Positions 19,292 through 29,132 of a DNA stretch of 64,000 nt are shown one piece after another. The stretch's first letter is position 1; each line of letters starts with the position of its first letter. Source of the stretch: Gemmatimonadota bacterium (GTDB lineage Bacteria; Gemmatimonadota; Gemmatimonadetes; Gemmatimonadales; GWC2-71-9). The notes beneath the pieces were generated by a model. It had not been told where the DNA came from, searched no databases, and saw only the letters and a list, made by a program, of their open reading frames with translations. The position numbers were made by a program, and so were the translations under genes. Location of the stretch: NCBI GenBank assembly GCA_039586365.1, contig JBDHKN010000033.1, positions 14,638-78,637 on the forward strand, written 5' to 3'.

Positions 19292-22055
19292 AGCGATCGA
19301 TTGCCGCCGTCTGGAATTGCAGAATTCGTCAGAACTGCGCAATCTGGCGGATCGGCTCAAGCGTCTGATTGCGCCCTTGCTCGAAGGGCCAATGTACTTT
19401 CCCGAACAGAAAGCACTGCTGTCGCGTGACGGGGGAGTCTGCGTGGCCGACGGGAGTCGCCTTGGGTTTGATCCACTCGAGCCGCAGCGACATCGCTGTC
19501 CTCGCTGCGGTAGGGTGCATGAGGGCGAGCGCCACCACCGCGCCTGGGTGTGGCGCTACCACATATGGCTTTCCGAACGAGCGATACACCTGTCTCTGCT
19601 TGGCCTCCTCAATGACCAGCCCGAGTTGCTCGAGCGGGCCCGCTACATTGTCGATCTCTACTCAGAGCGCTACGCGGACTTCCCCAACAGCGACAACGTG
19701 CTCGGTCCGACGCGGCTGTTTTTCTCGACGTACTTGGAGTCCATTTGGCTGATCCAACTGATCATTGCTGCGTCACTGTTGCGGACCAGGCCAACGGCAA
19801 GAACTTCCAGCTGGGCGCCATTCAATCGCATCGTGCGGCAGTCAGCGGATCTGATTGCTTCGTTCGATGAAGGTTGGTCGAACCGCCAGGTATGGAACGA
19901 TACAGCAATGATAGCCGCCGGACTCTGGCTTGGTGGTCTGCCTGAGTCACCGGGTCAGTTGGATCGCCCTGACCGACGTGCTCGACATCCCATGCTGGTG
20001 CAGGGGCTCGACGGGACTCATGGCATCAGGGCCCAGCTCGTGCAAGCGGTGAGTGAAGAAGGCATGTGGTGTGAGGGTGAGAACTACCACTTCTTCGCGC
20101 TGCGCGGATTCCTGCTCGCCGCCGAGCTGTTGCGGACCCTGGGAATCGACCTCTATGGCCCCGAGGACTCGGCCGATCGCCTGCGGGACATGTACACTGC
20201 ACCGCTCCTGACCACCCTGCCAGACCTCAGCTTGCCGGCAAGGGGTGACTCACCGTTCGCAGTGTCGCTCCTGCAGCCGCGCTTCGCCGAACTGTGGGAG
20301 ATCGGTTGGGCTCGAACAGGCGATGACCGGTTGGAAAGTATTCTCGCCCACCTCTATTCGTGTGATGCAGCAGAGAGTAGCGACCCCGGCCTTGCCGAGA
20401 TGGCTGAGCAGGAACAGAACCGGCCACCACAGAGACTCAGTCGCGAGCTACTTGGCTGGAAGGCACTCTGTTGGATGAGTCCGCGACGGCCGAGCGCACC
20501 CGAGGAGATGTGGCAACGCGACTCTGTACTCCTGCCTGGCAGTGGACTCGCCGTACTGCGTACCGCCCGGAACCGCTACGTAAGCGTTGAGTGCGGTAGA
20601 CGGCAAGCCGGCCACGGGCATCCGGATCTGCTGCATGTCACGCTCCACTGGGACTGGCCGCTGTTAGTGGACATGGGAACCGGGTCCTACGTGTCGCCGT
20701 CGCTGCATTGGTACAGGTCTGCACTGGCGCACAACGCTCCAGGGATCTCCGGCATCGGCCAAGTGGAACGCAACGGTTGGTGCGCGGCATTCGATCATGT
20801 GGGGGAGTGGGCATGGTGTCGTGTTGTCGCCGAAGATCTGTTGGGGAACGAGACTGAGGCCGTGCGCACGGTAGTGATTGGACCATCTAGTGTGTTGGAT
20901 GTGGTAGAGGTTCTCGTTGGAGAGGAGAATCCGATCGAGCTGCCGATTCACACGATGGGTCGTGTCCCATTGGTGCTCGCACAGGTGGCATCCGATTTAG
21001 GGTTGGGCGTGCGGAGCGACGATGTCTTGGGATCTGTGATCGATATCGGCGCGCCGAAGGTAGCACGCGAGGTGGGCAATCGGTTAGGGGTCCTTCTGCT
21101 GTCTCGTATGGGCGAACAGCTGTACATGGTCGAGCGACGGGGCCCACCAGATATTCAGTTTGCCGATGGTCCACCGTGCGCCTTCGTGATCCGCCGAGCC
21201 AGGGGGAGTGGGGTGTGGGTGCAGTGCTATAATGTGGGAACCGATTCGCCGACGCGAGTGAGTAATCGCGAGGCCGAGATTGTGCTCGAGTATGCTGACG
21301 CATCGCACGAGCTAGTCGAGATCGCACCTGAGCGTTGCCGCATAGTCGATCGTCATGGAGGACGGCATGAGCTCGGCGGAGTGCAGCCAAAGCCCGTAAC
21401 AACAGCCAGAGCCCGAACCACCGGTCCGGTGATCGAGTGTCCCCGGGTCCCGAAGCTACCGGATGTGGCTGCTTGGGAATCACAACTGCCTCCTGCAGCA
21501 ATACTGGTTTTGGGAGCCGAAAACCACCGGCGGTCTGAGCTGGAATACGGTTCGGCTGGTGAGTTCAGGGCCAAGGTCGCCGTGTTTGTGAGCGGTACTG
21601 ACGTGTGTTACGCAGCGGACGTAGTGAAACGCCACCTCTGTGTTCGTCGCCCTGAAGATCCGGATCCGGAACTCGACAATGAGGTAGCCGACATTCACTC
21701 AGACGGGCTCCAGTGTTATCTGGGTGTGGATAGTTGGAGCGGCTTCTTGCTGTTGCCCGATCTCGATTCACCAATCATGCGCGGAGCAGTTGTTGCCGGA
21801 ACGGCGGGAGAGCTATCGAATCTCGAAGCGGAGTGGACTAGGACGGACGAAGGCTACCGGGCGCTGGTCCGGGTCAACATTGGACGGGAGTTGCAGCCGG
21901 GCGCGAGATTCCCAGTCAATCTGGTGGTGAACGAGATGTATCCGGGACGCACACGCAGAGCAGGGCAGTTGGCGTTGGCGGGCGGTGGCGGTTGGGTGTA
22001 CTTGAGAGGAGACCGTGAGGATCCGGTGTTGGCTGCCGTGGCGGAGGTCGTGTGA
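19272..22055 (+). CDS. Heparinase II/III-like polysaccharide lyase with C-terminal carbohydrate-binding-like domain
   Basis: 'GMWCEGENYHFFAL', 'GHGHPDLL', 'DMGTGSY', 'LAHN'. N-terminal C-x2-D...C-x2-C cluster. C-terminal CBM9/DOMON-like 'SDGLQCY...GYR...LVVNE'. Confidence 0.75.
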   Translation: MQLLTSEAIDCRRLELQNSSELRNLADRLKRLIAPLLEGPMYFPEQKALLSRDGGVCVADGSRLGFDPLEPQRHRCPRCGRVHEGERHHRAWVWRYHIWLSERAIHLSLLGLLNDQPELLERARYIVDLYSERYADFPNSDNVLGPTRLFFSTYLESIWLIQLIIAASLLRTRPTARTSSWAPFNRIVRQSADLIASFDEGWSNRQVWNDTAMIAAGLWLGGLPESPGQLDRPDRRARHPMLVQGLDGTHGIRAQLVQAVSEEGMWCEGENYHFFALRGFLLAAELLRTLGIDLYGPEDSADRLRDMYTAPLLTTLPDLSLPARGDSPFAVSLLQPRFAELWEIGWARTGDDRLESILAHLYSCDAAESSDPGLAEMAEQEQNRPPQRLSRELLGWKALCWMSPRRPSAPEEMWQRDSVLLPGSGLAVLRTARNRYVSVECGRRQAGHGHPDLLHVTLHWDWPLLVDMGTGSYVSPSLHWYRSALAHNAPGISGIGQVERNGWCAAFDHVGEWAWCRVVAEDLLGNETEAVRTVVIGPSSVLDVVEVLVGEENPIELPIHTMGRVPLVLAQVASDLGLGVRSDDVLGSVIDIGAPKVAREVGNRLGVLLLSRMGEQLYMVERRGPPDIQFADGPPCAFVIRRARGSGVWVQCYNVGTDSPTRVSNREAEIVLEYADASHELVEIAPERCRIVDRHGGRHELGGVQPKPVTTARARTTGPVIECPRVPKLPDVAAWESQLPPAAILVLGAENHRRSELEYGSAGEFRAKVAVFVSGTDVCYAADVVKRHLCVRRPEDPDPELDNEVADIHSDGLQCYLGVDSWSGFLLLPDLDSPIMRGAVVAGTAGELSNLEAEWTRTDEGYRALVRVNIGRELQPGARFPVNLVVNEMYPGRTRRAGQLALAGGGGWVYLRGDREDPVLAAVAEVV

Positions 22056-22780
22056 ACCTAGTCGTTATTCTCAACGAGACACAGGACCTGGTGAATGTCG
22101 CCAGCGTTGTGAGGGCGATGAAGAATTTCGGCCTGAGTGATCTCAGGTTGGTGGCCCCAGCGGAGGAGGTCGAGACGCGTCGCATCATGGGGATCGCTCA
22201 CGGGAGCGACGACTTGGTCAAGCGGATTCGGACGTTCGAGGATCTCGATGAAGCGCTGGAGGACCGCACCTACGTCGTGGGAATGACCGCACGGCAGCGG
22301 GCTGCGAAGCGAAACATGCAGCGCCCAGCAGAGGCTGCGCGAGGCCTGTTGGCGGCTGCTTCGGACGGAGCAGCGGGACTCCTGCTTGGGCGCGAGGACC
22401 GTGGGCTCACCAATGAGCAACTGGATCGCTGCCACCGTATCGTGACCATTCCGACGAATCCAAGCTATGCAGCTCTCAATCTTGCGCAGGCCTTCACGAT
22501 CATGGCATACGAACTCTTCGTTGCCCGTGAGGATCCGGAGTTCAAGTCCCCTCGGCGCGATGCTCCTCCGGCCACGTACGAGCAGCTGGAGCAGCTCTTC
22601 GAGCGCGCCGAAGCTGCGCTTGCAGCTATCGAATTCTTCAAGACGCGCCAGACCGCGAGCATCATGCGTACCGTACGGGAAGTGGCGCACCGCACTCCGC
22701 TGGATGCTCGCGAAGTCAATCTGCTCCGAGCCATGTCCATCGAAGTCGTTCGCTTCCTCGAACGAAAGGGCGTGCGGTGA
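22052..22780 (+). CDS. trmJ: SPOUT RNA methyltransferase, TrmJ/LasT family
   Basis: 'NVASVVRAMKNFG', 'LLGREDRGLTNE', 'LNLAQA'. Confidence 0.85.
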   Translation: MNLVVILNETQDLVNVASVVRAMKNFGLSDLRLVAPAEEVETRRIMGIAHGSDDLVKRIRTFEDLDEALEDRTYVVGMTARQRAAKRNMQRPAEAARGLLAAASDGAAGLLLGREDRGLTNEQLDRCHRIVTIPTNPSYAALNLAQAFTIMAYELFVAREDPEFKSPRRDAPPATYEQLEQLFERAEAALAAIEFFKTRQTASIMRTVREVAHRTPLDAREVNLLRAMSIEVVRFLERKGVR

Positions 22781-23931
22781 GAATTCCAGGATACACCTCC
22801 ACGGGTAGCAAGCGGCCCGAAGTTATGTTTGGCTGTCCGGATGCCGATCCGCGCGCGATGCTACGTGCCGAGGGGTGTAGGCTGTGGGACGAGTTCGGGA
22901 CAGAATACATCGACATGATGATGGCGTTGGGTGCCGTCGCCCTGGGATACGGGCATCCTGCCGTTGTCGCAGCGGCCGTGCAGGCCTTACGTGACGGGGG
23001 AGTTGGATCGCTGGCGCCAAGAGTGGAGGCAGAGGTTGCTGAGCGACTGGTCGCAGTGATTCCAGGTGCAGAGGCTGTACGCTTCCTCAAGACCGGAGCG
23101 GAGGCTGCAGCCGCAGCAGTGCGCGTCGCGCGGGTACACACTGGCCACGCCAATGTAATCACCTGCGGCTACCATGGTTGGTTGGACTGGTGCCAGGACG
23201 AGCATGGTGTTCCGTGCAGCGTCAAGCGGCTGCGGCGCACCATACCGTTCAACGACCTGGCGGCGCTGGGTGTCGCCGTTGCTCGGCACTCGCCGGTTGC
23301 GGCAATCGTGATCGAGCCAGTGGTCGACGGTTTACCGAACATCGAGTGGCTGCATGCACTGCGTGAAACGGCAACTGCGTCAGGTGCCGTCCTCATCTTT
23401 GACGAGGTGAAGACGGCCTTTCGCCTGGCTGTCGGCGGTGCAGCCGAGTACTACGGAATCGCGCCGGACCTGACGGTGGTTGGAAAGGCACTGGGAAATG
23501 GGCTCCCGATAGCGGCCGTGTGTGGGCCGACTGAGCTGATGAGCGCAGCGGAGCACACGTGGATTTCTTCTACTCTGGCAACCGAGTACGTGAGTCTCGC
23601 CGCGGCGCTGGAGGTACTAAAGGTGTTTGAGCAGACGGATGTAATCGGACATCTGCGACACGTGGGGAGTATGCTGGTCACAGGGCTCGAACGCCTGGCA
23701 GCTGGTTTCCCCAGCATGATAGCCGGCGTCTGTGCCGTACCCCAGATGTGTTACCTGAAGTTCCGGGATGATGAGCTATCGGGCACGGTGGCGCTACAGG
23801 CCGTGCGAATGGGGCTGTTGTGGCGGAGGACCGCCTATAATTTCGTGTCGTTGGCTCACACCGAGGAAGTGGTACGAGATGTCTTGCAAGGTCTCGAGGC
23901 TGCGCTGCAGGACGTGGAGGCGACGTGCTGA
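22777..23931 (+). CDS. Class-III PLP aminotransferase (GSA-aminomutase-like)
   Basis: 'FLKTGAEA', 'GYHGW', 'LIFDEVKTAFR', 'GKALGNGLPI'. Confidence 0.88.
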   Translation: MRIPGYTSTGSKRPEVMFGCPDADPRAMLRAEGCRLWDEFGTEYIDMMMALGAVALGYGHPAVVAAAVQALRDGGVGSLAPRVEAEVAERLVAVIPGAEAVRFLKTGAEAAAAAVRVARVHTGHANVITCGYHGWLDWCQDEHGVPCSVKRLRRTIPFNDLAALGVAVARHSPVAAIVIEPVVDGLPNIEWLHALRETATASGAVLIFDEVKTAFRLAVGGAAEYYGIAPDLTVVGKALGNGLPIAAVCGPTELMSAAEHTWISSTLATEYVSLAAALEVLKVFEQTDVIGHLRHVGSMLVTGLERLAAGFPSMIAGVCAVPQMCYLKFRDDELSGTVALQAVRMGLLWRRTAYNFVSLAHTEEVVRDVLQGLEAALQDVEATC

Positions 23932-24716
23932 TAGATGTGCATGCCCACTTCTTGACTGAGTCATCCGGCCGGTCCGATTGGCGGACTCTCAATTCGGCTC
24001 GCTTCGAGGCCGGTGCGAGGATCGGCATCACGGTCCACGTCGCCTCGATTCTGGGGAGCTGGGGTGCGAGATCACCGGTCTATTTCCCATCACCGGACGA
24101 CGTGGACCGCGCCAATGATGCTCTGATCGAGCTGATGCGGGCACACCGGGAGATACGTGGCTACTGCTTGGTGAATCCCAACTTCATCGAACACGCGATG
24201 AGCGAGATAGCGCGTCGAATCGACCAGGGAATGATCGGCATCAAGCTCGCAGCGAGCCGCCGCGCCGATGATTTCCTGTTGGATCCGATAGCGCGACTGG
24301 CCGGGCAGCGAAGAGTACCGATACTGCACCATGTCTGGCATCACCGAAGAAGAGACTGGCCCGGACAGGAGGCGTCGGACGCCATGGAGCTAGCACTCCT
24401 TGCTGAGCGCCATCCCGAAACACGGTTCATTCTAGCACATCTCGGTGGAGGAGGTGATTGGGCCCATTCCCTACGGGTCGTACGCGAGACCCCCAACATC
24501 TGGATCGATCTCTCAGGCAGCGGGATAGACGTGGACATGTTGGAGCGTGCTTTGGACGTGCTCGGTGCAAGCCGCCTGCTGTGGGGCTCCGACATCACGA
24601 TGGACACCGCGTGGGGCAAGCTGCGTTACTTGGAGGTGAGTGGAGCTTCTGCCGCCGAGCTCGATCTGATCAGGTTCGGCAACGCTCGCCAGATCTTTCC
24701 TGAGGGCGCCTTCTAA
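23925..24716 (+). CDS. Amidohydrolase_2 family protein
   Basis: 'IDVHAH' metal motif, 'ILAHLGGG', 'LLWGSD'. Confidence 0.88.
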   Translation: MLIDVHAHFLTESSGRSDWRTLNSARFEAGARIGITVHVASILGSWGARSPVYFPSPDDVDRANDALIELMRAHREIRGYCLVNPNFIEHAMSEIARRIDQGMIGIKLAASRRADDFLLDPIARLAGQRRVPILHHVWHHRRRDWPGQEASDAMELALLAERHPETRFILAHLGGGGDWAHSLRVVRETPNIWIDLSGSGIDVDMLERALDVLGASRLLWGSDITMDTAWGKLRYLEVSGASAAELDLIRFGNARQIFPEGAF

Positions 24717-25495
24717 TGAGGGTGACTGATATCGCGGCCTTTGTCGGGGAGTATCCCTATCGGGAACTCACACACACGTCTGCTGATTGGCTGATCCGGC
24801 AGATGGACAGAGTAGGTATAGAGCGGGCGTGGGTGGGTTACCTACCCACTTTGCTGCACCGTGACCCGGCAGCGGGTAATGCCAGACTGCACGAGGAGAT
24901 TGCTGGCTACCCCGGACGACTCGCAGCGGTACCGGTTGTTCATCCCGGCCTGCCCCGCTGGGAGCAGGATCTGAATGCGGCAATAGAGGCGGGGGCTCCC
25001 GCAGTGCGAGTGTATCCCAGCTACCACGCACTCGATCCCAGCGGCCCCGAGATGCGGGTGTTGGCAGCAGCAACAGCAGCAGCCGGGTTGCCAGTAGTAC
25101 TCACCGTCAGAATCGAGGATTCTCGGCAGCGCCATCCACTGGACGTGGGCACAGATCTACCGGCATCGTCCGTCCGCAACCTGGTGCGCAGCGACAGCGA
25201 GCTGCGGCTCCTGGTGACCCACGCCGACCGGCCATTTGTAGAAGAAGTCCATTTCGGTCTGACTCCACGCGAGAGCGAGCGAGTTCTCTGGGACTTTTCC
25301 TGGATATGGGGCCCGCCCGAGAATCATCTTGCATTGCTCCTCACCACAGTCGGCATCGAGCGGTTCACACTTGGCACAGGGATGCCACTGAGGATCCCGG
25401 ACTCAGCGATGGCAAAGCTCGATCTGCTGGATATCGCAGATTCGGAACGCGGGAGGCTGCTGGGTGGCAACCTCGAGACTTGGAGCGCGTCGTAG
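24716..25495 (+). CDS. Amidohydrolase-fold protein (metal ligands degenerate)
   Basis: TIM-barrel amidohydrolase pattern ('AVRVYPSYH', 'FTLGTGMP'). Lacks the HxH motif ('TDIAAF'). Confidence 0.7.
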   Translation: MRVTDIAAFVGEYPYRELTHTSADWLIRQMDRVGIERAWVGYLPTLLHRDPAAGNARLHEEIAGYPGRLAAVPVVHPGLPRWEQDLNAAIEAGAPAVRVYPSYHALDPSGPEMRVLAAATAAAGLPVVLTVRIEDSRQRHPLDVGTDLPASSVRNLVRSDSELRLLVTHADRPFVEEVHFGLTPRESERVLWDFSWIWGPPENHLALLLTTVGIERFTLGTGMPLRIPDSAMAKLDLLDIADSERGRLLGGNLETWSAS

Positions 25496-25577
25496 TGATG
25501 TGCGTCAGAATTCCAGTAGATGCCGCAGTGACTCCTCATCACACCGCCGCGAATCGGACACTGTTTCACTCTGTAAA

Positions 25578-26546
25578 GTGAAAGCACTCGTCAGACAGCT
25601 CCGCCATACAGTGATCCCAGCCGTCCCTGTGCCCTTCAATCGCGAGGGAGCGATCGACACTCCGGCGATGAGTCTATACGCACGCTGGATGGCTGTTCAG
25701 AGAATCGGCGCTGTGGCGGTGTGGGCCCACACGGGTCGTGGACTTCGATTGACATCGTCCCAGCTTGCGCTTGTGCTGTCCGTTTGGAGGGAGGCGTTGG
25801 GCAGTACGCCGGTGATTTGTGGGGTCGGTGTGCAGCCAGGAGAGCCGTTACCCGGCAGTCCGGGTGCGAGGACTGACAGAGTCGTTGATTGCTCGGTTGC
25901 CATGGCCGAGTTGGCAAGAGACGGTGGAGCCGCAGCAGTCCTCGTATACCCCCCAACGCCACTGCGGGACTTACCGGATGCCGATCGCCGCTGCGTCGAG
26001 GTTCACCGCGCGATCACCCAGGTCGGCCTGCCGGTCATCGCCTTCTACCTCTATGAAGCCGCCGGTGGCGTCTCTTACCAACTGGACACCGTTGAGACCT
26101 TGCTGGGTCTGGACGGTGTAGTGGGGGTCAAAATCGCCACCCTCGACAGTGTGATGACCTTCCAGGACGTTGCAGCGGCTGTGTTGCAGCGGACTGATAG
26201 ACTGCTGTTCACCGGTGAAGACAGGTTTCTCGGATACACCCTCATGTGCGGAGCGCATGCTGCCCTGATCGGGATGGCAGCGGCCTGCACGGACCGCTGT
26301 GTGGAACTGGTAGATGCCTGGTTTCGCCAAGACCTACCCCGATTCGTAGAATGTTCCAAAGCGTTGGACCAGTTTGCCGCAGCTACTTTCCTGGCCCCGC
26401 TCGAGGGATACGTACAGCGGATGCTGTGGGCGCTCGAAGTGGACGGAGTGATTCCCCTAGGCGCAACGGATCCGTTTGCACCGCGCTTAACTGCAGCTGA
26501 GCGGCACCGAGTGGAGCAGGCGGTACGGGCCCTACGGTCTCAATGA
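25578..26546 (+). CDS. Dihydrodipicolinate synthase/N-acetylneuraminate lyase-like aldolase (divergent)
   Basis: 'PAVPVPF', 'AHTGRG' in place of GxTGE, Schiff-base Lys in 'VVGVKIAT', and 'FTGED'. GTG start at 25578. Confidence 0.8.
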   Translation: MKALVRQLRHTVIPAVPVPFNREGAIDTPAMSLYARWMAVQRIGAVAVWAHTGRGLRLTSSQLALVLSVWREALGSTPVICGVGVQPGEPLPGSPGARTDRVVDCSVAMAELARDGGAAAVLVYPPTPLRDLPDADRRCVEVHRAITQVGLPVIAFYLYEAAGGVSYQLDTVETLLGLDGVVGVKIATLDSVMTFQDVAAAVLQRTDRLLFTGEDRFLGYTLMCGAHAALIGMAAACTDRCVELVDAWFRQDLPRFVECSKALDQFAAATFLAPLEGYVQRMLWALEVDGVIPLGATDPFAPRLTAAERHRVEQAVRALRSQ

Positions 26547-27760
26547 TCCGCCTTCCCGTCGAGCCGCGGGTCTCATGGGAATGGCGGAGCCGGCTCATCC
26601 GTCTGCTGGATCTCACGCGCAATGATCCACCCACAGATCTTGCAGCTGCGGTGCGTGAAGAACTCGGCGTCGATCTGAGCGCTCGCTATGCCGGCGTGAG
26701 ATTGCCCCATCCTTTCGGTAAGGCGTCGGGGCAACTGTCGCTCAATCTCAGCCAGGTGAGAGCTGATGTTGCCGCCGGTGTCGCGTTCGTCGTCCTGAAG
26801 ACGGTGATAGCCGAAGACGCGGAGGAGGGGCGTTCGATGGGTGAGTGGGCAGTAGATGAAAGCAGAATGACGGTTGAACGGAAGACCTCGCGGAGCGGCC
26901 GAATCGGCTGGACGGTTACGTGGCAAGGCCGGGGCTGGGCCGGGTCACTCGACGACTATCTGCAGTTCTTCGCACAGGCGCAGGTCCTAGCCAAAGACAG
27001 GAATGTCCCCGTGATTCCGTCGGTGAAGTATCACTTGCCGGTCGGAGGAGAATCGTTTCGGACCTCGGAGTACGAGCATACGACTCGGAGCCTGCTGCGA
27101 GCATGGCAGCAACCACACTGTGGCGCCGAGATGATTCTGGAAAAGGATCTGAGTCCCACGCTGGCCGGTGATGGCCGGTCAGGGAATCGTGATCGAGTGC
27201 TCGCCTGGCTCGCGACCATTCCTCGGCTGATTCAGGATGCTGCGTTGGGGCGAGTTCGTTTGGGAGTCAAACTCATGAACGCGCTGTTCGACGACCAGTT
27301 CCAAGTAGAGATGATGCGCGTACTGAGCGAGTGTGCTGACTCGAAGCCCGCATTCCTCGTGACTTTCAACCGGCTGTTCGATCCGGAGCGGGGTGTTGCA
27401 TACGGTGGCTGGGACCTGAGCGATCGGAACCTCCGCGTACTCGATCTAGCCAGACAGCAGCTCGAAGCGCTTCCCGGTCTGTCTGCCACTGGTAACATCT
27501 GCAGTGGGCGTGTCATGTTAGAGTACGCGCTACGTGGCTGCGAGAACGGGCAGTTGCATACGTTCTTTCAACTCCCATTTTCCGAGTACACGGCCACCGC
27601 TGGAAGTCGAAGTGCCCGAGCGTTGCACACCCTGATTCTCCACCCAACCCGTGGATTGGCTGTCTGGCTGCGTCACTTGTGTGAATGCGGTGCGCTGGAG
27701 GAGCGTGATGGTGCGGTGCGTTTCATCGATTTGACCGAGCAATGTCGGAGAGCCGCGTGA
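26543..27760 (+). CDS. Divergent dihydroorotate/dihydropyrimidine dehydrogenase-like FMN TIM-barrel protein
   Basis: 'PFGKASG', 'VVLKTV', 'GVKLMN', 'TFNRL', 'YGG', 'SATGNI' and 'GCENGQLHT' align in order with the DHOD FMN-binding motifs. Confidence 0.65.
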   Translation: MIRLPVEPRVSWEWRSRLIRLLDLTRNDPPTDLAAAVREELGVDLSARYAGVRLPHPFGKASGQLSLNLSQVRADVAAGVAFVVLKTVIAEDAEEGRSMGEWAVDESRMTVERKTSRSGRIGWTVTWQGRGWAGSLDDYLQFFAQAQVLAKDRNVPVIPSVKYHLPVGGESFRTSEYEHTTRSLLRAWQQPHCGAEMILEKDLSPTLAGDGRSGNRDRVLAWLATIPRLIQDAALGRVRLGVKLMNALFDDQFQVEMMRVLSECADSKPAFLVTFNRLFDPERGVAYGGWDLSDRNLRVLDLARQQLEALPGLSATGNICSGRVMLEYALRGCENGQLHTFFQLPFSEYTATAGSRSARALHTLILHPTRGLAVWLRHLCECGALEERDGAVRFIDLTEQCRRAA

Positions 27761-28917
27761 GGGATGTTGTGGTAAGGCGGGCCTGTCTCTACGACGTGGC
27801 GATTCCGCTCAAGGAACCATTCCGCATTAGCGGCGGTGCCATCAGTGTCCGCCGTTCGCTCATTGTCGAACTCGAGGACGATCTCGGACACTTCGGCTAC
27901 GGTGAGTCAGCTCCTTTCGAAAAGCCGTTCTACTCGGAGGAAACGCTCGACTCTGCCCGCTGGATGCTCGAGAATCATTTCATCCCGCTGTTGGTCGCTC
28001 GACCAGTCGCCCATCCAGGCGAACTGCTCCAGCTGTTGACCGACGGCACAGTCGGCAACCGCATGGCCTTGGCTGGGGTGGAGAGCGCTTGGTGGGATTT
28101 GTGTGCGGAGCGTGACGGTGAGCCGTTGAGTGCGTTGGTCACTGCAAGACTCAGGGAGCTGGGAGTGACCGAAGCTTGGCTGCAGCGGTCGGATCGAATC
28201 GAGTGTGGTATTGCTCTCGGGATCCCGGAGGATGGCAGACCCGAGACGATCGAGTCTAAAGTCGGGGATGCTATCCATCAGGGGTATCGCCGTGTAAAAC
28301 TCAAGGTCAAGCCCGGTTGGGACGTCGAGCCGGTTATGGCGGCCCGGCGGGTGTTGGAACGATTGGCTCCTGGTCTCCCGCTGACGGTGGACGCAAACGG
28401 GGCTTACGACCTGGAGAATCACTGGGATAGTCTGGTCCGACTCGATCGGCAACGGCTGACGTACATTGAGCAACCGCTACCAGGTGATGCTCTTTGGGAC
28501 CTTCGCAAGCTAGGGACATCAATGGCGACACCGATCTGTCTCGATGAATCACTAACCTGTGATGCTGTAGCTCGTCAGGTTGTCGAAATGGGTGGGCCGC
28601 TCGTATGGAACATCAAGGTCCAACGGGTCGGAGGTCTCGAGGAGGCTTGCCGTATCTACACCAGAGCAGCGTCCTCAGGGGCCAGGGTGTGGGGTGGAAC
28701 GATGCCCGAGACCGGTATAGGGGTGCAGGCCATGCTTGCGTTGGGCTGCCACGCGGGATTCTGCTATCCCTCCGACCTCGAACCCAGTGATAGGTGGTAC
28801 GCAGCCGGGTCGGATACCATAGAGGTGATGATGGAGCCTGATGGTACGATGGAGGTACCGTTGCGGCGCCCTCCCGTAAGGCGCAATGGATGGAGACAAC
28901 TGGCCGAAATTTCGTGA
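27742..28917 (+). CDS. o-Succinylbenzoate synthase / N-acylamino acid racemase family (enolase superfamily)
   Basis: 'PFYSEET', 'KLKVKPG', 'DANGAY', 'IEQP', 'CLDES', 'NIKVQRVGG', 'PSDLEPSDRWY'. Confidence 0.88.
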   Translation: MSESRVRDVVVRRACLYDVAIPLKEPFRISGGAISVRRSLIVELEDDLGHFGYGESAPFEKPFYSEETLDSARWMLENHFIPLLVARPVAHPGELLQLLTDGTVGNRMALAGVESAWWDLCAERDGEPLSALVTARLRELGVTEAWLQRSDRIECGIALGIPEDGRPETIESKVGDAIHQGYRRVKLKVKPGWDVEPVMAARRVLERLAPGLPLTVDANGAYDLENHWDSLVRLDRQRLTYIEQPLPGDALWDLRKLGTSMATPICLDESLTCDAVARQVVEMGGPLVWNIKVQRVGGLEEACRIYTRAASSGARVWGGTMPETGIGVQAMLALGCHAGFCYPSDLEPSDRWYAAGSDTIEVMMEPDGTMEVPLRRPPVRRNGWRQLAEIS

Positions 28918-29132
28918 ATTTGGTTGCGGTTTGGACGCCATGCTGGTATGAGAATGAGGCGGTTGTGCTGCCAGTGTCGGCGAGTATCTTAACTGGCGGC
29001 CGCATGTGTAGTCGTGAACCAGGTTTTCTCGGGCGGCCATCTCAATCATGAAGTGAACGATTCCGCCCTCCCCGGCGGGTGACAGGGTAACCTGCCACTC
29101 CGGAGTCGCTGCGTGTTTCATGAAAGGGTGAT

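Noticed and set aside
22777..23931. Assignment as hemL
   Set aside because: The protein is shorter, has a divergent N-terminus and has no tetrapyrrole context. Only a class-III aminotransferase call is supported.
27742..28917. Assignment as menaquinone-pathway menC
   Set aside because: There are no men genes nearby, and the OSBS/NAAAR subfamily is promiscuous, so no symbol was given.
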